Positions 29,354-39,382 are shown, counted from the stretch's first letter. The stretch: DNA of 64,000 nt from Candidatus Bathyarchaeota archaeon (GCA_963833575.1 CAWHXY010000004.1:1-64000), one strand, 5' to 3'. A program made the numbers and translations. The notes: a model not told the origin generated them from the sequence alone.

Positions 29354-30283
29354 ATGGAAATCATAAACGTCCGTTTACCCGACAAAATAGCTTCAGATAT
29401 CAATAAACTAGCAAAAAAACATGGCTTAAGCAGGTCAGAAGTTATGCGTCAAGCGTTAACTATTTACTTGCACCTTGTAGAAAACGCAGGAACAATGTTG
29501 CGCCCCACAATTTTCCAAGTAAAACCTGCCCAAATAAGTTACACGCGAAGAGGTGATGTTTCCATTCTCAAAGTTCCAACTGGCCACGCTATTGTCGCAG
29601 GGTCAACATCATCAGGAGCTGTCGGCCCGAAAATAATGGATAAAGTCAAAGTTGAGGGGCGTGTATTAGGAAAGTTTCTTGCTAGAGTTGCATTAATGGA
29701 TGTGACAGCGACAGGTGCGTTTCCTCTTCTCTTATCTGTCACGTTAGGCGTGGAGAAGGAGCCCACAGGCAACCAAATAATGGATGGTATCAAAGGTGAA
29801 GCCAGAAGCATCGGGTTGGATCCTAACCTAGTAATCATGGAAAATACAGAAGACAACTTTGAAACAGTGCAAACTGGCGCTGGACTAACTGTCGTCGGTT
29901 TTGCAAATGAAGACGAATTAAGGATCGGAAAAACTGTTCCTGGCGATACAATAATTGCTATTGGCAAGCCTAAAGTCGGTGATGAAGTAATCTTGGCAGA
30001 GGCAAAAGGCGAAATTGCCGATCTCAAGAATATTATGCAGCTTTCACAAAAGAAATACGTTCACGATATTGCGGCTGTTGGAACTTTGGGCATAGCAGAC
30101 GAAGCTAGAATAATGGCTTTCGGTGTTGGTAGACAAATAAAACTAGCTGAGTTGCAAAGAGTTGATTTGAATAAGTCAGCAGGTCCAGCCACAGTTGTTC
30201 TTGCTACGTTGAATAAAGAGAAACTTGAAGAATTATCTTCCCTAATCAGTAAACCCATCAGCATTATAGGGGAAATATTGTAG
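29354..30283 (+). CDS. RHH (CopG) domain fused to alpha-ribazole kinase CblS/PurM-like domain
   Basis: MEIINVRLPD..INKLAKK.G.SRSEVMRQAL, then 'G.K..D.V', 'RVALMD..A.GA.P', 'EPTG..I..GI', 'TEDNF.T.QTG.G.TVVG'. Confidence 0.75.
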   Translation: MEIINVRLPDKIASDINKLAKKHGLSRSEVMRQALTIYLHLVENAGTMLRPTIFQVKPAQISYTRRGDVSILKVPTGHAIVAGSTSSGAVGPKIMDKVKVEGRVLGKFLARVALMDVTATGAFPLLLSVTLGVEKEPTGNQIMDGIKGEARSIGLDPNLVIMENTEDNFETVQTGAGLTVVGFANEDELRIGKTVPGDTIIAIGKPKVGDEVILAEAKGEIADLKNIMQLSQKKYVHDIAAVGTLGIADEARIMAFGVGRQIKLAELQRVDLNKSAGPATVVLATLNKEKLEELSSLISKPISIIGEIL

Positions 30284-30293
30284 AGGTAAATGA

Positions 30294-30779
30294 TCACTGG
30301 TTTTGATGGATTTTCATCATATGACCATTTCGATCAATTTCTCCTGTTCTAATCCGTGTTGTGGAAATTGGAATACTATTTTCTGCTTGAACCATATCGA
30401 CCGTGATAATTTTTAACGGTTTGAGGCCCGCTCCATTGCGTACTTTATTAATTTTTTCGGCAATAGATTCTGTTTCTTTACTAACAACTAATGCGTTTAA
30501 GCCTTTGCCTGAAATTGTAAGACCGTAAGGGTCTTTTAATGGAATGATTTCTGACCTATTCACTAAACCAGCGTTTTCTAAGTAAGTGTGCAGTTCCTTA
30601 AACCTCTCGGCATAACTTGCAGTTATATGAGCTTTACTCATTTTTGAAACAAACTCATCAGAAGATAATCCGATAACAACTTTTTCGCCGATTTCAAAAG
30701 ATTTACTTATTAGGGCTTTATGACCTCTATGAAGTTCGTCGAAAGTTCCTCCAACTGCTACTTTATCATATTTCTTCAT
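30294..30779 (-). CDS. coaD: Phosphopantetheine adenylyltransferase (archaeal/eukaryotic type)
   Basis: GGTFDELHRGH, VVS.ET, ISTTRIR.GEID. Confidence 0.92.
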   Translation of the reverse strand: MKKYDKVAVGGTFDELHRGHKALISKSFEIGEKVVIGLSSDEFVSKMSKAHITASYAERFKELHTYLENAGLVNRSEIIPLKDPYGLTISGKGLNALVVSKETESIAEKINKVRNGAGLKPLKIITVDMVQAENSIPISTTRIRTGEIDRNGHMMKIHQNQ

Positions 30780-31710
30780 GACCTACCAGCCTAGCGCCCT
30801 GAAAATCAATTTTGCTCATGAGCACTTTTTCAGAGGGCAAAACTTGCTTAAAAGCTTCTGCCACCTGATTAGCGTTTTCTTTAAGCACAAGGGCATGTAC
30901 TGCTTCGCCTATCATATTCTGAGCTGCACCAACTGCGCCAGCTTTTTTAGCTAACTTAATCAGTTGGTGAACGTTCTGAGTTGCAAAACCGGCCTTCTTG
31001 GAGAATTCCCAGCAGCATTCTAGAAAGTTTTCTATGCTGGGATCAGTGAGAATTGTCTCTAAGGCCTTTTTCCCGTAGGAGTTTATCAGGCGCCTCTTTT
31101 CAGGGTCTGCTAATACTGTTTTATTTGGGACGTTTGATCGAGTAAAACCTGCTACAATTACGTAGTCTTGGGTTATCGGTAAGCGGTCGATTTGACAAGT
31201 GCCTGGCGCTCCGGGTTCAACAACAAGTACGCATCCGCTAGAGGATGTTAATGAGCTTACTGTTCCTAATCCTGTTTGACACTCAATTTCAGCTATATGG
31301 GCTATTCTGCCGATTTGGTTATAAGTTAAGGGCAAATCTAATGCTTCTTTGATAGCTAATCCTGCTGTTAACGCTCCCCCAGCGCTTGTTCCAAACCCTT
31401 TTCCAATTGGAACTTCAATTTTGTGGTTAACGACAACGGCAAAAGATTTTTGTTGGTAACTTAGTAATCTTTCGATAACCTTTTTTGTTGTTTTTGCTTC
31501 AGGCGCAAATTTATCATTAATAATAACGGTGATACCTGAACTTCTTGCTTCCTCAATAGTAACTTGCGTTAAAACTCCTTTTTGCAGCCCAAAACCACCT
31601 CCTCGAGCCCCTATTCTTTCCAAATCAACAATAGGCTTGTTTCCTTCTGTGTCGTGGATTTCAAAGAAGCTGGAAATTGCAGCTGGCGCGAAAGCTTTGG
31701 CGGTTTTCAC
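30766..31710 (-). CDS. pok: Pantoate kinase (GHMP family)
   Basis: AFAP..ISSFF, P.G.GFGTSAG, AH.AE....TGLG.V, NMIGE. Confidence 0.88.
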   Translation of the reverse strand: MKTAKAFAPAAISSFFEIHDTEGNKPIVDLERIGARGGGFGLQKGVLTQVTIEEARSSGITVIINDKFAPEAKTTKKVIERLLSYQQKSFAVVVNHKIEVPIGKGFGTSAGGALTAGLAIKEALDLPLTYNQIGRIAHIAEIECQTGLGTVSSLTSSSGCVLVVEPGAPGTCQIDRLPITQDYVIVAGFTRSNVPNKTVLADPEKRRLINSYGKKALETILTDPSIENFLECCWEFSKKAGFATQNVHQLIKLAKKAGAVGAAQNMIGEAVHALVLKENANQVAEAFKQVLPSEKVLMSKIDFQGARLVGHEEI

Positions 31711-32438
31711 TGTTCTTCACTTTTCTGATTTTTCCGCATTAATGTTGGAAATGCTCGATTGATTGCAGCTATTATTGGCGGTCCAAGGACCAAAACGAAT
31801 GGGATTTCTGTGAAGAATGTGAAGAAGAAGGTTGATAGGGCTAATGGAATGGTGACGGGGGCACCGTTAAGAAAATACGACAAGAAGGGCGGTACTGTGA
31901 TTGCGATTATGCCTGCGCCTAGAAGCATACCCAATACTGATCCTACTTCAAAGCTGCGCCATCTTGAGTTTCTTAGAATAACGACTGGAACAAGGAAAAT
32001 AATGTATGATGCGGCGACTACTCCTATGAAGGCAGTTTTAGACCAGTAGTCGAGACCAGTATAAGCGTAGCCTACCCATATGAAAACGGCAGTAGCGATA
32101 CCATAAGCTACAACCGGCGTGACCCATCGTATTTTTCTCTTGGCTATGTAACCTATCAAGAAAAATGCGACAAAATTGCTGGTTACTCCTGCAATTAAGC
32201 TAAGCAATAGGTTGTTTCCGAAGATAGCGTCGCTTAGGAATATACCAACTGCTGCGCCAACCCCTCCGACGAGCGGACCAAACACTACAGCGAAAACGGC
32301 GGGGACGATGACTGGAGGCCAGAATCGGACTCCACCATATGAGATAGGGATTAAACTATAGAATATGTAACCGACTGCAACATACAATGCTATGTTTAAC
32401 GCTAACCCTGCAACGTCAATTGCTTTCAATTTTAACAT
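31707..32438 (-). CDS. ECF transporter S-component-like membrane protein
   Basis: 'ALY.A.G', 'VRFWP.V..PA.F...FGP..GG.GAA.G.F..D'; in operon with pok/coaD. Confidence 0.7.
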   Translation of the reverse strand: MLKLKAIDVAGLALNIALYVAVGYIFYSLIPISYGGVRFWPPVIVPAVFAVVFGPLVGGVGAAVGIFLSDAIFGNNLLLSLIAGVTSNFVAFFLIGYIAKRKIRWVTPVVAYGIATAVFIWVGYAYTGLDYWSKTAFIGVVAASYIIFLVPVVILRNSRWRSFEVGSVLGMLLGAGIIAITVPPFLSYFLNGAPVTIPLALSTFFFTFFTEIPFVLVLGPPIIAAINRAFPTLMRKNQKSEEQ

Positions 32439-32652
32439 CTTAACTTTTTCTTCCTAGTTGGCGGTATTTATTGCTGTTGAGAGATTTTTTTTGATAGATA
32501 AGACTTCCCTATGAATTGTTTAAACATGTTTAAACAACTGCAATTAAATTAATCCATAATATGGGAATTCGTCAAAAAATTCGAGACAAAAAATAATTGT
32601 AGAACTTGGATCAATTGATTAAAGTACAAAAATCTAAAATGCAGAAATAGAG

Positions 32653-33003
32653 TTATTTTTTGTGACGTTTGATACGTTCTGACCTTTGAGTTTTCATGCG
32701 CCAGTCTTTTTTTCTTTGGGTTGCCACCGTGAATTTTCCAGGCCTGCCCATGGGCTGATCTAATTTGCGGTAGCGCGAAATATTAACGTAGAATGTTTGG
32801 GCGTCAATTTTGTTTTCTTTTAGATCTTCAAGGTTCTGGTTGAGGTCTTTTTTGGCTTGTGCATCGGTATTTGCGTCAAATGTGTCTGAGTAAACCATGT
32901 AGGCTGCGTGAAATTGAAAGTTTGAGGGGTCGTCGAATAAAAGTTTCTCGATTTGAGATGTTGGTTCGTTATTGGTGTTTGGTTCGTTTGGTTTTTCGGT
33001 CAT
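32653..33003 (-). CDS. Hypothetical protein
   Basis: 116-aa ORF with basic C-terminus. Confidence 0.6.
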   Translation of the reverse strand: MTEKPNEPNTNNEPTSQIEKLLFDDPSNFQFHAAYMVYSDTFDANTDAQAKKDLNQNLEDLKENKIDAQTFYVNISRYRKLDQPMGRPGKFTVATQRKKDWRMKTQRSERIKRHKK

Positions 33004-33258
33004 GTTTATTCCGCTTTTTGATGTAGGGATGATGGTTTTTCCCTCTTTTATACGTGTGCCTAAACTAAACCTTTTCGCCTAAACCAGCCCTAAACTGTTG
33101 CTCAGAAAAAACTATACATCATTATATTGCCGGAGTAGCAACATGTGGGACGGATTGTTTTACAGAAAACAACATTTTTCAGTCATCGAAACTCATACCT
33201 TTCAGCGGTTTGATTGTAGGACATAGTTTTAATAGAATTTCCTAGTGTGTAATACTTT

Positions 33259-34290
33259 ATGGAACCTTATGTTGATGATATTGGCAGTTTCCCTTTGCCA
33301 GCGGGAATCAAAAGAGAAGACTACGTTAAGGCGTACGAATTGGCACGGGAGGCCATAATCAAGGGACAAGACCCGTCGAAGGATGCGTTTGTAGAGAAAA
33401 CTTTCTGCAAAGTGGTCGTTGAGTCATTTAAGAAAAAACTTGCCACAGGCTTAGACGTAGTAAATTTTCCACAGCACTTTAATGGACTTAGACAAGTCGG
33501 CGACGCCATCCATGCCGCCATGCAGAAAGGTTCCTTTGTCGTCGACCAAGAAACCGCAATCCTACCAGAAATCTACGTCCTAAATCAAGAAGCAAAATGC
33601 CTGAGCGAAGAATATGGTAAAAAAATCCAGCTGCGAGTTTCAATTTTTGGTCCCATCGAGCAATACCTCAACGAGGTTGGCTCCACCGCTTACCCCGACG
33701 TTTTAGACGGGTTTGCCCAAACCATAAATCGTTTTGCAAGGAACAGCATCCTGAACAACAAGTACATCGAAACTAAAGTAATTTCGATTGATGAACCCAG
33801 CCTTGGGCACAGCAGCTTCACAGGCTCACCCGAGTTGATTCGGGAAGCACTTGAGAAAGCTTACGGTTTCCAAGGTCCAATCCGGCAAATTCATTTGCAT
33901 TTTGCTTCAGGTATACACGATTTGTTAGCAGTAAAAGGACTTGATGTACTCTCGTTTGAGTATGCAGCGTCCCCAAAAAATATAGAAGCCGTCCCAAAAA
34001 ACATGCTGGAAAAAGCTGATAAGCAAATTCGTGTTGGTATCGCCCGAACAGACATAGATACAATATGGGCAGAACTCTACGAGAAAGGCATAACCCAACC
34101 GTCAACTGAGCAGATTGTGGAACCTTTGGAAACCATAAAGAAACGTTACCGATTCGCCAAAGAAAAATATGGAGAACGATTGACGTTTACTGGTCCTGAC
34201 TGCGGTTTAGGCAGTTGGCCTAGTCAAGAAGCAGCCGAGTTATTGTTGGAGCGTACAGTAAAAGCAGTAAAAACGGCTAATTCTAATTAG
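33259..34290 (+). CDS. Core (single-barrel) methionine synthase, MetE C-terminal-like
   Basis: DIGSFP, IDEPSLG, HLH, FEY, GPDCGLG. Confidence 0.8.
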   Translation: MEPYVDDIGSFPLPAGIKREDYVKAYELAREAIIKGQDPSKDAFVEKTFCKVVVESFKKKLATGLDVVNFPQHFNGLRQVGDAIHAAMQKGSFVVDQETAILPEIYVLNQEAKCLSEEYGKKIQLRVSIFGPIEQYLNEVGSTAYPDVLDGFAQTINRFARNSILNNKYIETKVISIDEPSLGHSSFTGSPELIREALEKAYGFQGPIRQIHLHFASGIHDLLAVKGLDVLSFEYAASPKNIEAVPKNMLEKADKQIRVGIARTDIDTIWAELYEKGITQPSTEQIVEPLETIKKRYRFAKEKYGERLTFTGPDCGLGSWPSQEAAELLLERTVKAVKTANSN

Positions 34291-34324
34291 TTTTTCTAAA
34301 AAAGAAAAGGAAAAGTGGGTTTGT

Positions 34325-35188
34325 TTATTCTGTTTGTTCAGGTTGGGGTGGCAGTTCCTGGCTTGGCATAGGTTTCTTTCTTGCTGCTTGAGCTTGTTGT
34401 GCTTGGGTTAGGTCTTTGAAGCCGTAGGTTCCGATTGGAGGCCAACCTGCTTCCGGCATAGATGATGGCACTAGCATGATTGTGTTTGTTTGTGATTGCT
34501 GTCCTAACTCGTAGAGTATGTTCATCCATCTGAGTCTCAGACCTTCTGGGCTTGCCTCATACATTTTTGCTGCTTCAATCATTTTTGCTGATGCTTCGAA
34601 TTCAGCTGTGGCTAAGGTTACTCTTGCTATGCGTTCTCGTTCAGCTTGTGCTTGGCGGCTCATGGCGTCTTGTAGGTTGGCTGGGATGATGACGTCACGG
34701 ACTTCTACAGATGTTACTTTTATTCCCCATGACTCTGTTTTTTCGTCGATGATTTCTCGTAGGCGTGCTCCGACTTTTTCTCGTTCAGCAAGTAGCTCGT
34801 TGAGGCTTACTTTGCCGATGACTTCCCGCAAAGTGGTTTGTGAAGCCAATTGGGTAGCTTGGTAGTAATTTTCAACTTGCAACACTGCCTTTTCTAAATC
34901 CACAGGTTTCATGTACAATACTGAATCCACGTTTACTGGTACGTTGTCTTTGGTTAAGGTTGATTCGGTTCGGAATTGAATAGTGTCTAGTCGGGTTGAG
35001 ATTTTTAATGGTGCTCGGTCAATTAATGGAACCAGATATATGATTCCGGGGCCTTTCAAGCCGACGTAGCGTCCGAGCCTTAATACGGGCATTCGTTCCC
35101 ATTCTCTTAGAACACGAATACCGCTTAACAGGAAAAGTGCAACTACAATAGCTATAAAACCTATAATTGGAGTTAAAACATCAGCCAA
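34325..35188 (-). CDS. SPFH/stomatin-like protein
   Basis: RLGR...KGPG, TKDNV.V.VD, QTTLR.VIG, WGIKV..VE, QA.AERE. Confidence 0.95.
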   Translation of the reverse strand: MADVLTPIIGFIAIVVALFLLSGIRVLREWERMPVLRLGRYVGLKGPGIIYLVPLIDRAPLKISTRLDTIQFRTESTLTKDNVPVNVDSVLYMKPVDLEKAVLQVENYYQATQLASQTTLREVIGKVSLNELLAEREKVGARLREIIDEKTESWGIKVTSVEVRDVIIPANLQDAMSRQAQAERERIARVTLATAEFEASAKMIEAAKMYEASPEGLRLRWMNILYELGQQSQTNTIMLVPSSMPEAGWPPIGTYGFKDLTQAQQAQAARKKPMPSQELPPQPEQTE

Positions 35189-35229
35189 TTTTCATACCTT
35201 CAACTAGTGGTATGCGGTGCTTTGGAGAA

Positions 35230-35625
35230 TTAAGCTTTTTGCTCGGCGGGTTTTACGACAAGTAACATGCCTTGCATGCCTATAACTTCTACCGGTTGAC
35301 CGGAGGCTATTTCGCTGTCTTTGGCGGTTGCTTCCCAGAATTCGCCCATAACTCTGATTTCACCTTTAGGTTTAAGGTCGCTGGTTGCTACGCCCCTGGC
35401 TCCGATTAAGGCTTCTTTGCCTGTTTTTACTCTTCGAAACTGAGCTTTAACGCCCACATAAAATATGAACCCAACAATTAAAGCGACAATAATGAGAGTT
35501 GCTGCAATGGTAACTTCCACTTGAACGGCAAGACCATAAAATGATGTTCCTGAAATTGCAGCGTAAAATAGGAAAGCCGCAATAGTTACCAAAATTCCAA
35601 CGAGAAAAGCTAACCCAGCGTGCAT
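35230..35625 (-). CDS. nfeD: Short NfeD-family protein
   Basis: Two TMs, TG.E.LIG..G, GE.W.A OB-fold; directly upstream of stomatin. Confidence 0.88.
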   Translation of the reverse strand: MHAGLAFLVGILVTIAAFLFYAAISGTSFYGLAVQVEVTIAATLIIVALIVGFIFYVGVKAQFRRVKTGKEALIGARGVATSDLKPKGEIRVMGEFWEATAKDSEIASGQPVEVIGMQGMLLVVKPAEQKA

Positions 35626-35750
35626 GCAAATTCCTTGATAGTTGATAGTTGGAGTTTACTTATAAGGCTCGTGTTTGTGCGAATTTGCCACAATTTTTTT
35701 CCTTTGTGCATTGGATTGCTTTATTGAATCGGGGCTCAGATCAGTTGCAG

Positions 35751-35810
35751 GTTGATACATTTTTTGACATAATTTGACACAAATTGACATGATTTGACAT
35801 TTTTAGACAT
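35751..35810. repeat. Six 10-bp-period direct repeats, core TTGACA(T)
   Basis: gttgatacat/tttttgacat/aatttgacac/aaattgacat/gatttgacat/ttttagacat. Confidence 0.85.
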
Positions 35811-35972
35811 TGCATAATTCAAATGAGAAGCACCACAAATTATTAAGAAGATAGAATTCACCGTTTTTTATCTTGTTTAATCTGAGATCTTCGGGTAAGT
35901 CGATATTTCTTATTTCTCAGTAAATTTGAAATAAAAAAATAGAAAAAAGAAAAAGTTGTTTTTTTTTTTGCT

Positions 35973-36116
35973 CTAATCACAAATTAATAGGATAGGAGCA
36001 GTTGAAGCAACAACGCTTGCGTTGCTGAGTTGTGGCATCGGGTAGGGTGAGCGTCGAAGTGGCGGCGGATGCATCGGTGTTGGCGGTTCAAGCTCTAATG
36101 GTATTTGTTTTATCAG
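35973..36116 (-). CDS. Possible 47-aa Pro-rich peptide with CTG start overlapping the htrA stop
   Basis: (M)IKQIPLELEPPTPMHPPPLRRSPYPMPQLSNASVVASTAPILLICD; GGAGG 9 nt upstream. Confidence 0.35.
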   Translation of the reverse strand: MIKQIPLELEPPTPMHPPPLRRSPYPMPQLSNASVVASTAPILLICD

Positions 36117-37045
36117 TCTTCTTCGCCTCCGTGAACGGTTGGAACGATTGTTGTTTCGATGAGGCTTTCTCTTCGTATGATTGTCAGTTTGGTTTCTTTG
36201 CCGATTACGTCTTCCGCAAGTAATCTTGGTAAGTCATAGAAGTCTGTGACGGGTTTGTCGTTAAATTTGACTAGTACGTCGCCCATAGCCAAACCTGCTT
36301 TGCGAGCTGGGGAACCTGCTTCTACACTGAAAATCATCACTCCGCTTTCCTGTTCTAAACCTGCTTGTTCAGCGATTTCTTCTGGAATAGCAACAGTATT
36401 TGCGATTATGCCAAGATAACCTTTTTGAGCTATTTTTCCAGTCATTAATCTGTCTGCAACGGCTTTTACTTTGTTTATTGGTATAGCGATGCCTCTTTGC
36501 CAAACGTAAGCTGTGTTTATGCCAATGATTTTGCCTTCGACGTCCACGAGGGGTCCGCCGCTAAAGCCGGGGTTTAGTTGTGCGTCGGTTGCGATTACAT
36601 TTTCCATTGCTGTCATTCCACGCCAGCCTCTTATTGTACTGTTTACGTTTGTTACGATCCCAGTTGTGGCTGTTGGCTGGTTTCTATTGAATGGATTCGC
36701 AAGTGCGAAAACATATTGGCCTACACTTAGTTTTTCTGAATCACCCAACTCTATAGGTGTAAATTCTCCTTTCTCCGCCTTTAGCAGAGCTAAGTCACTA
36801 TATGGATCTGTTCCAACGATTGTAGCGTTGAATGTTTTGTCGCCTTGCCCAATTTTTACTCCGTTACATCCTTGTAATACGTGATTGCATGTGATTATGT
36901 AGCCGTCTTTGCTTAAGACGACGCCTGTGCCGCGTGACATTTGCGCTTTAACGCTAACTACTGACTCCGAAATTTTCTTGATTAAGGTGCTTGTTGCTTC
37001 TGAGAGCGATTTGAGAACCTCTAAAGGGTTAACTGTTTGAGTCAT
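36113..37045 (-). CDS. HtrA/DegP-like serine protease with PDZ (likely start ATG 37045)
   Basis: GTGV, TCNHV, DLAL, NPGFSGGPL, C-terminal PDZ; no signal peptide evident. Confidence 0.92.
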   Translation of the reverse strand: MTQTVNPLEVLKSLSEATSTLIKKISESVVSVKAQMSRGTGVVLSKDGYIITCNHVLQGCNGVKIGQGDKTFNATIVGTDPYSDLALLKAEKGEFTPIELGDSEKLSVGQYVFALANPFNRNQPTATTGIVTNVNSTIRGWRGMTAMENVIATDAQLNPGFSGGPLVDVEGKIIGINTAYVWQRGIAIPINKVKAVADRLMTGKIAQKGYLGIIANTVAIPEEIAEQAGLEQESGVMIFSVEAGSPARKAGLAMGDVLVKFNDKPVTDFYDLPRLLAEDVIGKETKLTIIRRESLIETTIVPTVHGGEED

Positions 37046-37117
37046 TTTATTCACAAAAGAGTATACGTTAAAATGGTATTTGTTGACTAAGGAGCAGCGA
37101 AAGTTAGTCACAAAAAC

Positions 37118-37756
37118 TTAGGCTGGAAACATAAACGGTGAATTGCCGTAGTAGGCAACATTCTGGGCTAAGGCACCCTTGGATGCATGAGAGCTTTGGC
37201 AAATCTTGCCGATATTTGACATGAGCTGGTATGATGCCTTTAACGCAAGGTTTAGGTTATTGTTCGTTAAGAATTTGGCTTCAATGTTTAGTGCTGTGCC
37301 CTGAATGTTTGCAGATATTTGGATACCGCCATCTTCGGTGATCCACTTTAACGTGACACCGTGATTGTTTTCTGAAATGCCCAACCATCGCAGGACACCG
37401 AACCATTTGCCCTTTAGCGCTAAAATAAGCTGTTGCGTCATGAGGTCTGATGGAAGAAATGTTTGAATAAGCGGGGTAGTCGGCTTTTCATTGTGTGATT
37501 GGTGAAGTTTAAGTTTAGTTACCTTTGGGGTTACTCTGTATCCTTGGGGTTCTTTTTTTACAATTCCCTCTTGCTCGAGGCGGCTTAGAACGCGAGAAAG
37601 CGTTTCAGAATGCAGACCTGTTCTTCTTTTTAATCCATCGAATGTGAATATGGCTAAGTCTTCGTTTTCTATTAGTGCCAACACGTCAGTATCCCGCTCG
37701 CTAAGGGAGTAGTCGGCTGGAGGGCTTTGCCAATTAACATTCAGAAGAGGTATCAT
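37118..37756 (-). CDS. Winged-helix domain protein
   Basis: 'FTFDGLKRRTGLH.ETLSR.L.RL...G.V.K...GY'. Confidence 0.7.
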   Translation of the reverse strand: MIPLLNVNWQSPPADYSLSERDTDVLALIENEDLAIFTFDGLKRRTGLHSETLSRVLSRLEQEGIVKKEPQGYRVTPKVTKLKLHQSHNEKPTTPLIQTFLPSDLMTQQLILALKGKWFGVLRWLGISENNHGVTLKWITEDGGIQISANIQGTALNIEAKFLTNNNLNLALKASYQLMSNIGKICQSSHASKGALAQNVAYYGNSPFMFPA

Positions 37757-37879
37757 TAGCTAATTCAATGGTCAAACTGTTGCTTTTGAAGGTTACCCTA
37801 ATCTCGTAAGAAAACATCGATGAAGAATCCAAAATTTACACGAAGCCTTAAGATTTGAATCAATCAAGTAATAAGCGTG

Positions 37880-38530
37880 TTATCCTAAGCTTATCTTTTC
37901 TCCAGTCGCTATGTATACGATTGATTCGCAGACATAAACAGCATGGTCAGCTATACGCTCTAAATACCTGGTCATTAACACGCTTGAAATTACGCATTTG
38001 CTGTTTCCTTCTTCTGATTTGATTAGTTTTTTGACGTAGTCAAGGTACATTTTGTCTACTTCACGTTCTGTTTGCGAAATGGATTTGGCAAGCGTAATGT
38101 CATGTTTCCTAAGTGAGTCAATGCTTATTCTCACAGCTAAAAGGACGTTTTTACTCATTTCTTCGACATCCTCTTTGCACCAATTTTCGCATCCTCTTAA
38201 GCCGCTGAGCTCGTCATTAATGAATGATATATCAAGTGAATACCTACCAAGTCTCGCAAAGTCAGTGGCAATTTTCATGTACGATTTTATTGTTCTGAGA
38301 TCACTAGCAACTGGCTGAAACCTAGCTATCAACTCAAAGCTTTTATCTTCAATTTTATCTACCATAGCGCCTAGCATGTCAGACATTTCACGTACTTCTT
38401 CTTGAACGCTTTTTCCTTTGAGGTACCCTTGAATGGATTCAGTAAGCGTTTCATAGGTTAACTCAGCCATCCTTGTTATCAATACTGATTGTTCTTCTAG
38501 CCCATGGTCAATTATTCTGCTCATAGCCAT
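37880..38530 (-). CDS. phoU: Phosphate signalling protein PhoU
   Basis: QPVASDLR, ERIADHA; end of pst operon. Confidence 0.92.
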   Translation of the reverse strand: MAMSRIIDHGLEEQSVLITRMAELTYETLTESIQGYLKGKSVQEEVREMSDMLGAMVDKIEDKSFELIARFQPVASDLRTIKSYMKIATDFARLGRYSLDISFINDELSGLRGCENWCKEDVEEMSKNVLLAVRISIDSLRKHDITLAKSISQTEREVDKMYLDYVKKLIKSEEGNSKCVISSVLMTRYLERIADHAVYVCESIVYIATGEKISLG

Positions 38531-38538
38531 CTATCTCT

Positions 38539-39378
38539 TTATCCAAATTCGCCTGTTATATATTTCTCTGTTAACGGATTTTTAGGACGCTCAAAAATGT
38601 CTTTCGTCGGCCCAAACTCCATGAGTTGACCTAAATACATGAAAGCTGTGTAGTCAGAAACACGCGCTGCCTGCTGCAAATTGTGGGTAACAATAACAAT
38701 TGTAAAGTCCTTCTTAAGCGATGCAATAGATTCTTCAATTTTAGCTGTTGCTATTGGATCAAGAGCTGAGCAGGGCTCATCCATTAGAATAATTTCTGGT
38801 TCCACAGCAAGAGCGCGAGCTATACATAGTCTCTGTTGTTGTCCCCCAGACAAGTTAGTGCCTGATTTCTTGAGATCATTTTTTACTTCATCCCAAAGGA
38901 ATGCCATTCGAAGACTTTTTTCCGCCATACTGTCGAGAAGTTCTTTGTTTCTCACACCAGCTAGCTTTAAGCCTGCTACTGCATTGTCATAAATGGACAT
39001 TGTAGGGAAAGGATTGGCTTTCTGGAAGACCATGCCTATTCTTCTGCGTATTGTGACAGGATCAACTTGAGGAGAATAGATGTTTACTCCGTCTAAGATG
39101 ACTTCTCCTTCGACTTTTGCATTTGGAGTTAATTCATGGATTCGGTTGAGACATCGTATCAAAGTGGTTTTTCCACATCCAGAAGGTCCCATGATAGCTG
39201 TTACCTTGTTTTCAGGGAAGGTTAAGTTGATACCCTTTAGAACTTGTAGTTTTCCAAATCTGGCTTTCAAATCCTTGGTTGCTAACTTAACCGCTGATAA
39301 ATCCACGTTTTTGCTGTCTCTCAAATCATTGGATCTCCTAACATGTCTTTTTATTAATTCTATTGATTTTTTAGCCAT
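38539..39378 (-). CDS. pstB: Phosphate ABC transporter ATPase
   Basis: [36 protein letters not shown]. Confidence 0.97.
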   Translation of the reverse strand: MAKKSIELIKRHVRRSNDLRDSKNVDLSAVKLATKDLKARFGKLQVLKGINLTFPENKVTAIMGPSGCGKTTLIRCLNRIHELTPNAKVEGEVILDGVNIYSPQVDPVTIRRRIGMVFQKANPFPTMSIYDNAVAGLKLAGVRNKELLDSMAEKSLRMAFLWDEVKNDLKKSGTNLSGGQQQRLCIARALAVEPEIILMDEPCSALDPIATAKIEESIASLKKDFTIVIVTHNLQQAARVSDYTAFMYLGQLMEFGPTKDIFERPKNPLTEKYITGEFG

Positions 39379-39382
39379 TATC

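Noticed and set aside
35751-35810. CRISPR array or bacterial sigma70 promoter
   Set aside because: 10-bp period with no spacers; archaeal context and no paired -10 box
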